NCBI GenBank assembly: GCA_030141605.1
Contig: JAQGDQ010000394.1
Span: forward strand, 152,241-216,240
Length of the DNA stretch: 64,000 bases
Origin: Tubiluchus corallicola
Lineage: Eukaryota > Animalia > Priapulida
Direction: 5' to 3'
Positions 1-13,000 of this stretch are shown in pieces. Both the position numbers and the translations under genes were made by a program. Numbering within the stretch: the first letter of the stretch is position 1; each line of letters begins with the position of its first letter. The notes under the pieces are model-generated. The model was given only the letters and a program-made list of their open reading frames with translations. It was not told the origin of the DNA and searched no databases.

Positions 1-913
1 GAGACAAATTGTTAACAAGATTAAGTTATTTAGATTTATTAAAGCATTTCTACTTTTGTACACGAAATTGTGTTTGTACGTACATACAAACATACAAAAA
101 TGTGTTTGTACATTCATACATACGAAAACTGATGTACAGAATTACAAACACAAGGTTACAAAAATACTAAAATAATATGACCACCTAAAACAATTATTAA
201 AGAAAACATAAACAGTTACAATCACTATTTGGAAACCTAAAAGTTGTGCTGCACTTAAAATAAAGAAATAAAATAGAGTAAAAAATAAAAATGGATTTTC
301 CAGTAACAGAACACTTTAAAATATTTAAGATGTTAAAGAACATTAAACAGGTACCTTTATTAAAATTTGAGGCAGATCGATCTGACAAAATAAGGCGAGA
401 CAAATTGAACAAACAGCATAAAAATGTGTTAAAACCCTCATTCAATAAAACTATGTATTACATGCCATGAAACTTTTATTTACTAAACAATTAAATGCTA
501 CACCATGATAAGATCTTGTAAGCTCTACTATCACAACCAGAAACCAGCTGGTTGCCAACACGACATGTTACCATGGTTACTGTACACAGTCACAAGCTGA
601 ATGACAATCATTAACAAGAATTATTTTACATTAGGAAAAGAATGGCTGCAGCCGATATGGGTATGTTTACAGATGAGAATAAAAATTAGCCACAAGAAAC
701 TTATAATAATCAATACTAGGAGGTGACACTCGTACTTACACTAAATTCGCTGTTAAATAACTACATAAGCTGTGCATGTCAATAAGGTGCATTTGGCACA
801 TATCCAGTAACAAACAAGCATCTGTGTAATTGGGTGCAATCTAGTAACAACCATGCATCTGTGTTGATTTGGTGCGATCTAATAATGACCAAGCGTCTAT
901 GTTGAAGCTGCCA

Positions 914-1010
914 CTAGCTGGAAAGCTCTGCATCCGGTGAAGAATGCCTGATGAGAGATCGAGCAGTAGCACGAGGTGAGAACGGATCCGGTACTTTGCC
1001 TTCCACGGCA
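914..1010 (-). CDS. CTTNBP2: CTTNBP2 probable last coding exon 20 (AVEGKVPDPFSPRATARSLIRHSSPDAELSS*)
   Basis: Strong polypyrimidine acceptor TTTTTTTTTGTCGTTTCAG; phase 2 matches exon 19; TAG stop; AATAAA on the minus strand at 475-480. Confidence 0.65.
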
Positions 1011-4000
1011 CTGAAACGACAAAAAAAAATGAAAGGAGATCAAGTGTTGAACTACAGGAAGTCCTTGCTTAATGACGCTAATGCGTTCCAGCAAAAGGAA
1101 AGGAAACATCATTATGCAAAACAATACCTTCCATAGAAAATAATGTAAAAGCATTCAGTTGTGTTCCCCACCCAAAGATCAATAATGCTTGGCCTACATA
1201 AGAGTGCTTACTAAGCTGCCAAAACAAAAGTCAATGATGTCTGGCTATGGAAAGACTCTCTTTTTTCTGCTGAAACTTTCAACACTGTTAGCAACATCTT
1301 GTTCCACTTCTTGCCTTTGCTCTCTAACTTGAACATTTTCACAAAAAAGCTCAAGTCTTACACCAATACTGTATGTTATGAAGCTACTTTATGAAGATGT
1401 TTATCACTAGTCATTTTATGTTCTTACATAAATGCAAATGAGATGGAGGCAGCAAAAATTAACCTTGTAATGTAAACATTTTTATCAGTGGAATTTCATC
1501 TCTAGGCACGCGGTGAAAGCGCTATAGTAATCAGCCTGTGGTCAGCAAAGAATCGTCACTGCGGGCCTTTGACTGTGGTCAGCAATGAATCATCACTGCG
1601 GGCCTTTGACTGTGGTTAGCAATGAATCGTCACTGTGGGCCTTTGACTGTTCAGTACGAAAATTATTACTGTGATTTCTGTTAATAGGGTGAGTGTAGCA
1701 AACGAAATTTCAGCACCTGAAGGCCGAAAAATCGTCGTTAAATCGAATCATGTGCCGTTAAGTGAATAAAAGGTGTCAAAAGATCAGCATCGCTAAAACG
1801 AAACGTCTCCAAACGGGGAGTCGTTAAGTGAAGACTTATTGTATGTCAATTTGTGGATTGGCTTTGGTTTGCAAGCACACATATGTAGATTGCCAATTGT
1901 TACCGCAACGCATCCGTACCACTTTATTAAGGCACTCTAGTGAAATTTCACATCAGACTCGTATTTTAGCACTTTACTCAACGGTCACTTTATATTGTGC
2001 AAGTTTTGATAGGCAACGTAATTTTCCACAAGAATCTGTAGATGTCATGTTTCACTTTAAGCATTATAATACAATATATGACAACAACGAAATACATACT
2101 TGGGGTGGGGTATGTTGATTGGCTCTGACGTCGAATTAAATTCGGGAGCATTGACAGAGGCAGGTGAACGAACGGGTATCACTGAGGTGTCGTCCACTTT
2201 TTGAAGGTGTTGCTGCAGTTCCTGACCGCCTCGGTAACTACCAATGTACCTGTCTTTGTCTTCACAGAAAAACAAATAAACAATTTGATCAAACCAGCGG
2301 GCAGCTACAATTACAATTTTCGCAATATGAAGGCACACAAAAATCACATAATCTAAATGACGGTATAATATCACAACTTATTAAATTTTGATACCAAACT
2401 TGAAAGACAGGAAGTGTGAAAAAATTTGAATGCAGCTTGGAATTGCAATGGAGCACGTAGAATTGAAAATGTTATATTTTGGCTAGCCGAGTATGAAGAA
2501 CAGAATTTTGTAGTGCATTTATAACTAAGGGTATGGCTTGAAGAACAGAATTTTGTAGTGCATTTATAACTAAGGGTATGGCGGTTTAGTTTTGCTAAGA
2601 CAGGCGTCTTGTAAATAGAAGGTCGACAGTTCAAATCTACACTGTATTACAACTTTTTCACGTTTCCTGTAAAATGTAATTGAGAAATTGCAACGAAGCG
2701 GTGAAATCTGTTTGCGAAGTAACCTTCCGTAAGAGATCTGCTTAGCTGTCAGCCAAACATATCGTTTGATAAAATAAAAAACTCAATATATCCAGCCCTG
2801 TACATACGAATCATGCGAAATTGCAACAAGCAACTTAATGACTCACACCCAGGACTAGTTGTGATATTATTCAACACCAAATTCCACAGCTTGAGCAGCA
2901 AAAATGAAAAAGAGATTAGATTACAATCCAAGTTGACTAGTCAAGTGTCAAGAGTAAGTAAAGAAAATGTAAAAATGGAATGTCATACCTGCGCCAGAAA
3001 TTGGACATCCTGGCAACACTGCCCTCTGCAGGAGCACAAACAAAGCAGTCTCGACCAGTGTCTGCTGACCAATAGGCGCCGACGATTTTGGACCCTTGAG
3101 GATGGCGTTTTCCACTGCCGGAGCAATGGCGTGGTTCCAGGATAGGCTGAGCCAGCGAAGGATGGCCTTGGGTTTGTTCATCTCAATGGGGCAACTGTAA
3201 AAGTGACGGGGGCCAAAAACAAGTTCAGGAAGACCAAGTTTGGCGAGACATTCATTGAGCCGTTGCCACACACTGAAAACCCATTCAACAGCCCTGAAAT
3301 GTACAAGAATTTGCGAAATCAATAATTTTATGTAAAAAAACGCTTAAATCTTCTATTATGGTGGTTATAAAATTAATAAACATCAAAGACAAATTGTTAA
3401 TAATTTCTAACAGCATAGTGCTTATTACTGAAGACGATCGTTTCAACAGCAATTGTCATTCTCAATGCTATAAATCAAGCCAAAACAAATAATCAATATA
3501 TGTATGAACAATACTAGCTATGTCCTAAAACGTAATTACCAAATCAAAAGAGTGAAATTTAAATTGAAAGAATTGAAAGAAAGTGGAAGTAACTTATCAC
3601 AATGTCGAGTAAAACAACACATTTTTAGTTAGTATCTGTTTTGTCAACTTGATTTTAGTTAGTATTGGCTTTGTTAACTCAAGTTGACAAAGCAGGTACA
3701 AACAAAAAATCTAGACATACTGCGAGGGTCAGTTGTTGCAGATTGTATAATTGCTAGTATGTATATTCAACAGTTTTGTTATTATGTATATTTGTCTGTT
3801 TTGCTATTATGTATATTCAACAGTTTTGTTATTATGTATATTTGTCTGTTTTGCTATTATGTATATTCATCAGTTTTGCTATTATGTATATTCATCAGTT
3901 TTGCTAGTATGTATATTCATCAGTTTTGCTATTATGTATATTCATCAGTTTTGCTATTATGTATATTCATCAGTTTTGTTATTATGTATATTTATCTGTT

Positions 4001-7000
4001 TTGCTATTATGTATATTCATCAGTTTTGCTATTATGTATATTCATCAGTTTTGCTATTATGTATATTCATCAGTTTTGCTATTATGTATATTCATCAGTT
4101 TTGCTACTATGAAGTTGTGCCAACGTGGCAAGGTGATTTTGTGTTGAAAATGCTTTCACGCCCATTATATATGTACAATAGAGTGCAGTAATGTTTATTT
4201 GACTTAATATAGTGCTACAAACTAGTACCAATGATTTTGCCTAAGAGCTGTTTTTTGTCATAGAGTAATGTCCAGTAAAGGCCACACATATTAACCTGCT
4301 CAAAAGTGAATTCACTAGCCTGGCTAGTTGATTTATACCTGTGCCAGCAAGAAGGAATATGAAAACTGCCACGCACCTGTACACAGGGTCCCCAGGTGTC
4401 GGTAACTGTCCACCATATTTGTGAATGACGCGACGTAGCAGATGCCTGGACAGTTGTGAGCGAACGGGTTCTGTATCGATGCGACAATGCACCCAGCGGA
4501 ATCTCTGCTGTATGGAGAGGTCGAGAGACTGAGACCGCGATTTATCCATCGTGCCGATGATGTAACACTCGTTTAACAGGTAATACAGGTGAGGTTCTGA
4601 ATCAGCATCTACATGAAAAATAAAAATTATCTATGATTTAACAGTACCTGTAAATTTATACTTGAGGAAATCAACGTATCTTAAAATGCAGATGATCGTT
4701 TTGACAAAAATGTCACTTTCAATACTGAAAATTAAGCCAGATCAAAAATCGGTACATTTATTTATGACACTGAAATTATCACTGCATGAAAAAATATTAC
4801 AAAACAAAACTGACATCTAACTTACTATAGCGAGAGACTTTACCTTGACTCTGCGAGAGATTCTATAAAAAACATGAAAAAGATTTTCGCAGAAGGAAAA
4901 TTTTTTCAGATTTTCTATAAACTCTTCCTCTCGGTGTCATAAACATTTTCATTGTTTTGTTTGGTTTACTTCTCAGCATCAAAAATGACAATTTCCTGAA
5001 GTGATCAGCTGCACTCAGTTGATTCCAAGACGCTCTGACACTTTCATACACTTGAAAGAATGTTTCAAGTAAAATGTTTCATATTTCAACATAATTACAG
5101 ACAAGACCTTTAGGCTGTAACAAAAGCCAGTGGCTTAAAGTTAGCTAATTCAGCAAAACCCTAACAGCACTTGAATTTTAGCATCAACAAAAACTTTTCC
5201 ACAATGTCAGTTCATCGTTCAGCAGCAATAAAAGGATTACAGCAGCCGTTCTGTATACCTATTATGGATGAGGGTTACAGATAAGCAAAAATGTCATTCA
5301 GTAAGCAAAAGCTACAAATGTCTATTAAATTAAATTTATAACTAGTTTTGTACACTCATATCTTGGTCTGCCGGACAAAAGCGAAGAGACATCAGTCCGA
5401 ATATGCCGATTGACCGTATTTACTGATACTAAGCTAATATAGCAAGCAATGTTCAATTGCCTCAAAAAAACTATAGGGTCGCTCCTATGCAAAAGTATAT
5501 AAATACTGTCAATAAAGGACCTTAATAACTCCACATAATCGATTCTATATTGTTATACCTAGAGATATGCAAGTGGTTACACTGATGTACGTGATGCAAA
5601 TAAAATGACAGCCTGCCAACTAGTGGTCAGCTCACAAAATAACGGACTATGCCAGTAGTATGCGGGCTTTTAATGAACCAAATTTTGTCCAAATTTTTCG
5701 ATATCCATAAAAGTGAGGTCCGGCAAACCGAGATATGAGTGTGTATACAAATTACAAACTGAGACAATGTCACACCAGCTTGTCAGTACTTCATGCTGAA
5801 TCGTAAAATTTCTACAAAAAAAACAATGGCAAACCTATTTTCACGCTGATAGCATTAGCCGGGCCTCGGCGCTCGATGGCCGTTAGAATTTCTCCAAAAA
5901 CCTCTGACACGTCGATTTTGCTCAAGTCGTCCAGAATAATCACAGGTGCATGATTCAACATGGCAGGTACCTCGGCACGTAGGAGACAATCTGTAAAATA
6001 AAATGACAATTAAATACTGAAATGAAACATACAACGTAAGAGCTGACATGGACTTCTCTTCCAACAAAATGACTAACAGGTTTGAAATGCACATAGCTAA
6101 AAAAAACCAAACTATCGATTTTTTCAGTTCCAGCTTTTTTAGAAACAGTGTCAACTTTTTTAGTAATGGGACACTTGCAGTTCATGGTTTCGTATCTTGT
6201 ACAAACCTAAATGCTACTGTTTTTCTGACGAATAAAGAAATGTCTACATACATATTTTGAGTGCAAAATAACTGAGCTTCAAAGCATAGTAAATAAAATA
6301 TTGAAACAATGACCAGACATGCAGATGACAAGGATGTTTACAATAAGAACAACAGAAACTGTTCTCTTACGATAATCACAACTCAAAACAATAGTCTTTC
6401 TTTTCAAAGCTGATTATTTCACAACAAAAACACTTGTCAGTTTTTAATTAGGGTTTTATAAGATAAACTTGTTGCCTCGTAAATGAAACAATACTTGATG
6501 CATTTATTGTTAAATACGAGTTTGATAAACTACAAACTATTTTTATCCGCAGCTCAGTTTCCTTGTCAAAAAGCTTACAAAACACAACAGTGTTATTGCA
6601 ATGTTATTAGTTCTACATTTAAATGGCACTAATACAATCATGTATATGTGCAAAGACTGTAAAAGCCAGTAACATAAGATCAAAAAGTATGACTGGAATT
6701 CAGAAAGCTTCAGGTTCAATCCAGCTGGTCTTCAGATTTTCCGGTTGATTTAATACTTATGTCATTCGAGGCAATAACAATTTTTAAGGAAAACCGGACC
6801 CAAACTTAAGCTGTTGGTCAAAACAATCTACCCTTTAAAAAATTGAAAAACTATTTTTTCAAAAACACACTTGAAAGAAGTATACCACACAAACACAATT
6901 TCACGTTCGCGCCACTAGTTCTTTGCTGTTACATGCATTTCACCATTCGCTAGTTAGACGGGCATTAGTGTCTGCATTTTGGAAATGTGTTGCACAAAAA

Positions 7001-10000
7001 ACAGGTGCTGTACCTATCAGTTCAGAGATATTATTTTCTGACGAACTACACATTGAATAAGTTACAGTAGCACTGTACTCCAATTTTCGTTTTAGCAAAC
7101 ACGTGCAATACACCCGTGGAATATTTTTGCTGTTGAAAATTATGTTAGTTCGTGATGTCGTCAATAGTTGGGCTTCGCCTTAATAGATTAATTAAGTTTT
7201 TAATCTATTACTTAACTATCAGAAACACTTTTGCAGTATTAATTTCGTTAAAATGTGTATATTTAATGCACTTGAAAATGGGGTAGTATAAGAATAATCA
7301 TCCTGTCTTCCTTTAATGTAATTTACTTGATAAAAATGCTAGTGTGAATTAGTCTTTAGCAACATGCTAACAAACACAACTGCAATTATTACTGGTGTAA
7401 GCTCTAAATAAATGATCTAAACACATAAACTGACAAATAAAAATAAATAGTTTAAACACGGATCTCTCCATACATAGTCCACATTTTTGCAAATTCCACA
7501 TAAATACAATCGTCTTACCCTTGGCTGAAAGAAGGTTAACCAGATTTCTCCTTGAGTAGGAAGAACTCAAGCTCACGTAAGTAATCTCACTTCGATTGCC
7601 AGCCTGCTGTTCCTTCTCTTGAATAGACTGAGCAAGTTTCTTAGCCAAGTAGGATTTGCCTACACCACTAGGACCGTAGAAAACCAGGCTCCGATATTGG
7701 TCAATCTAAAACATCAAAAAGTCTTTTATCAAATATAGTTTACTAAGCTTAATTAATGCGCATTCTAAGAACCCTAAGAATCAGTGGCGGCTCACGTACA
7801 GGCACTGCAGCAGCCCCAAATTCACTAGATATTATCGATAACGTTCAACTTAATGGGTCTTTTTTCGTTAATTCCTTTAAAGGGATTTTCTTCATACTTC
7901 TTCAATGCATAACCCTTAAGCACAATGTCAATAGTTATGAAATCCTTTAGTTCATGAAAAAATTACAAAAATCCTTATATGGCACTGTGCGCTTCATAGT
8001 TCCAGCATAGTGATGTTTCGCTGTTGTGCACAATTGGCTATATACGCATGTCCGAGATAAGCTGCACACTAGGTAGAGAGAGCACTGTCGCTCGCGCAGT
8101 ACAGACACTGTTGTGTAAGTGTAAAGTTGTGTTTCTTTTCCACTAAATCCTCTTTTCATATGTTTATTTCGTTTTACAACAATATTAAAACAAAAGTTAA
8201 TATTTTTCTGAAGCAGCACCCCTAGTAATTTTAGCTACGAGCCACCACTGCTTGAAGATCTTGAAGTCTTGAATAATATACTTCTAAGATTCTTTGACAA
8301 CATAGTAGAAGTTTGGGGTGCACATGGTTAGTATACACACTAAGAAAAGCAACTCGCTAACTGGTGATGGTATTAGCGGTTACAAAGAGGTGAAACAAGC
8401 AAAGCAAACATGGTGGGTGGGGCTAAAAATGCATTTACAGACAGGTTAGGTGGGATGGCACCCTCATAGTAGAAACAGCCAGTGCTCAGAAGTGATTTCT
8501 AAAAGTGATTTCTCAGATTTGTGGTGGAAGTTTGTCCCAAAAGCGTATTACTCTACGGTAGGAGAATAAATAAATATTGACTCTTGCTGCTGGCTAAACA
8601 AATCTGTTGTTATCTTTGAGCTGTTTGAGTAGTTTAGATAACTTTGTCTTTCTCTTAAATAAGTTTATCTTCGAGTTTTTGTTGTTTTCTTTGTTGTTGT
8701 TTGTTGTTATCGTTGAGTCATTTGAGTTTAAATAACTTTGTCTTTCTCATAAATAAGTTTATCTTGGAGTTTAAATAACTGCTAATAATGCTACTGGTTT
8801 TATCATTTTGAACAAACATTAAGACTTTTTTAGTTTGTATGAAAAACTGAAATCCAATAAATGGCGTAAAAATTGTATGATGAAAGAATAAGAATCTTAG
8901 AAGTGAGTTTTTAACTATACTGCTTAAACTTTCAAAAACGATCATTACAAATTACCTGATATACAAAAATTATGTTACATCCCCGGTGATAAAAATATAA
9001 GTGACACAACAAAACCCACACCAAAATTTAAAAAGGTAAATATCTGCGTTTAAGAAATTTTCTTGAGTAATGCTTTTTTCCATGATGTGATATCTGTAAT
9101 AATGAAGTAAGGTTAGATGAGCATGTTCTATAGGAATACTTAAACTGATGATCTGTTTTATATGTTTTTATTTTTAGTGTAAAAATGATAGTCTTTTGTA
9201 AACCTGTTTATACTGATCTTATATGTATTCTTTAATTGTTGTGTCAATAGGTGATTTTATAGGCATCAAAATTGAGATTTAAATCTAAGAGTGTTTAGAC
9301 GACACCAAATCTCACTCCGTCAAACTCTGATAATAACTATTTAGCGAGGTGTGGCATCCAAATTGTGACGCCAATATGCAGACGTGCTTTGTTGTTTATT
9401 GGGCTAGCATGTATGATCAAAAAAGGAGAAATTAGAAAAGAAAGAGTTAGAAAAGGTTGGATGAAAAAATAGCCACAGCAAAGAATTGAAAAAGGCAACT
9501 ATAGCCTAATTTTTAAAAATGTACAAGTTGAAGTATGACTTGAGTTTTTGAATTATGTGTTTATTTTACATTTATCTACTGCGAGAAATTCATTTTAACT
9601 AACAAACACCTGCAGTAATGTCACAAATTGATTAGGTGACTGATAGGAAGCAGTACAGCAAAATCAGAAGTTTCTTTTTGTAAGCAAAACGTAAATCTCC
9701 TTTGCATTACCACCGTTTCTACCCACCAGGTGTCAGTGCAGCAGTGCAGGTTGCCATATATTTCAACCACTTGCTGGATTAATAACAAAAAAATTTCCAG
9801 TCTCTCATGTGAAAATGAACAATCAGCATGATGTAATGCCCGCACAACACCATAAGTTATTGAGTCTGAGTTTGTCAGTTTGTGTTTGAATTCAAAATGG
9901 TTTGATGCCATCAAACTTTGTGTGTGAAAGTTTTTTGGTTTCCTTGTTTATATGATCAAACTAGTTTGTCAAATAAATAAACTAAAACTTGTCGTCTAAA

Positions 10001-13000
10001 TAGCACTGAAGTGACGAAATCAAGCAAACTGATACCAATTTTATGACGAAGGCAATAAAGTTCATACACAAGTTACAATAAACTTTGAAAACACATTAGT
10101 GAAGTTTCATACAAAAAAACCTACCAATCGCAAATAGTTGTGCAGTGTCCCGGTCGGTATTAAGGTATCATAAGCCAGATTGTCTAACCGTCCGACGTCA
10201 AAGCCGTACAGGTACACAGCTATCAGATCGCTGTCCGTCTCTTGGAGTAATTCCCCGGGACTTGCAGTCAACGGGTAGCCAACTTTCCAACGTTTTGTAC
10301 CTATAATTGTAAAAAAGCAGCTCATAAATTTGCTCAGATACAGCAAAAGTTCATGATCTTTTTCATGCTATTCTGCCAAGGGTTAATGTAGGTGGTGTGG
10401 CAGGACCGGAGCATAACTTATTATAAGGGCTGAGATTAAATGAGTGATATGCGAAACCACAAAGAACAATCTCTCTCACAGTTAACCCCATCCACTTACT
10501 AAACAATTCTGTTGTAGCTTAACTTTAGTCGCTGGGCACAAACCTTGACAACTGCACTATCCCCTCAGCTATTTTAGGTAGAATGGTTTCTAATAAAAGT
10601 TTCAATCTTGTCTGGCAATTTCATGAAGTTTTGACAAAAAGTTACTAATTGTTAAAACTTTTAGATAATGACTTCATACAAAAACAAAGATAATTACTTT
10701 TCATGAATTTTAAACTTATTGATCTTTTAAAAGTGTTCATTCAGAATGACACGTTTCAGTTTTTGTCATTGCTAAACCGACTGCTAGTAAAAAATTTGGA
10801 TGAATAGAAAAGATAATGGTGTAAAATGAATCACCGTATTCTTATAGCAAACTAATTAATTTTCTGAATCTCATATGTAAGGCAAAATTTTTAACACTTC
10901 TCTACGATTTCTTCTAGTTACATTCACATTTATTTTGATAATTTAAATTCTAATCTGTTGATTTGTAATGAGATTTTGTGCATGTGCATTTTAGTATCAT
11001 CAGTGCATTAATTATTCCTGGATTTACGATATTGAAAATGACAGTAATAGTGGAAACGCTCAATAAACAAGTTGATTCCCAGAAGTTTGCTCTTTCATGT
11101 ATTAAATAGTAATCAATTCATTATGACATTATGCAGCATAGACATTTCTACTTTGTAAAGAAGATTACCTTGGTAAGACGTGAAGATAACAGCAAATTCC
11201 ACAGTGTAAATCCAGAAGTTGGCCGCATAACACACTACTCACCTATCGCACACTACTCACCTATCACACACTACTCACCTATCACACACTACTCACCTAT
11301 CGCACACTACTCACCTATCGCACACTCTTTTACACTTTCGAAAGTCAATCCCAGTGTCTCGTACTCTTGCTCCGCATCGGAACCTCCCTTGCTGGTTCGT
11401 CGAGTCTTCACCCCCTCCGATATCGCAGCAAAATGAGCTGCCACTAGATGTCTCAGGCTGTCCTCCAGCACCTGCCAAGTGGTGGCGCAGTTGATCATCA
11501 CCGTACCAATGCTCACAGCCGTGTCCGACTTTCCTCCGCAGGCTGTTTCATCCAGTTCAACTACCACCATGCACACTCGATCCTCATTGTTGACTAGGAT
11601 AAACAACAAAAATTAATTTTAACAGACTGAAATTTAAATTCAATTCATTTATGCGACTGAATTAGAAAAAAACAAGAAAGCCTACGGTATGACATTTCTA
11701 CAATGTGAAAGTTCATTACTGACCTGAAAGCCTACAGTATGACATTTCTACAATGTGAAAGTTGATTACTGACCTGAAAGCCTACAGTATGACATTTCTA
11801 CAATGTGAAAGTTCATTACTGACCTGAAAGCCTACGGTATGACATTTCTACAATCTGAAAGTTGATTACTGACCTGAAAGCCTACAGTATGACATTTCTA
11901 CAATGTGAAAGTTGATTACTGACCTGAAAGCCTACGGTATGACATTTCTACAATCTGAAAGTTGATTACTGACCTGAAAGCCTACAGTATGACATTTCTA
12001 CAATGTGAAAGTTGATTACTGACCTGAAAGCCTACAGTATGACATTTCTACAATGTGAAAGTTGATTACTAACATGAAAGCCTACAGTATGACATTTCTA
12101 CAATGTGAAAGTTGATTACTGACCTGAAAGCCTACGGTATGATATTTCTACAATGTGAAAGTTGATTACTGACCTGAAAACCTACAGTATGACATTTCTA
12201 CAATGTGAAAGTTGATTACTGACCTGAAAGCCTACAGTATGACATTTCTACAATGTGAAAGTTAATTACTAACATGAAAGCCTACAGTATGACATTTCTA
12301 CAATGTGAAAGTTGATTACTGACCTGAAAGCCTACAGTATGACATTTCTACAATGTGAAAGTTGATTACTGACCTGAAAGCCTACAGTATGACATTTCTA
12401 CAATGTGAAAGTTGATTACTGACCTGAAAGCCTACAGTATGACATTTCTACAATGTGAAAGTTGATTACTGACCTGAAAGCCTACAGTATGACATTTCTA
12501 CAATGTGAAAGTTGATTACTGACCTGAAAGCCTACGGTATGACATTTCTACAATGTGAAAGTTGATTACTGACCTGAAAGCCTACAGTATGACATTTCTA
12601 CAATGTGAAAGTTGATTACTAACCTGAAAGCCTACAGTATGACATTTCTACAATGTGAAAGTTGATTACTAACCTGAAAGCCTACGGTATGACATTTCTA
12701 CAATGTGAAAGTTAATTACTAACATGAAAGCCTACGGTATGACATTTCTACAATGTGAAAGTTGATTACTAACATGAAAGCCTACGGTATGACATTTCTA
12801 CAATGTGAAAGTTCATTACTGACCTGAAAGCCTACAGTATGACATTTCTACAATGTGAAAGTTGATTACTAACCTGAAAGCCTACAGTATGACATTTCTA
12901 CAATGTGAAAGTTCATTACTGACCTGAAAGCCTACAGTATGACATTTCTACAATGTGAAAGTTGATTACTGACCTGAAAGCCTACAGTATGACATTTCTA

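Noticed and set aside
3684-4191. Three overlapping hydrophobic ORFs of 73-146 aa
   Set aside because: Translations of the 25-bp minisatellite inside a CTTNBP2 intron.
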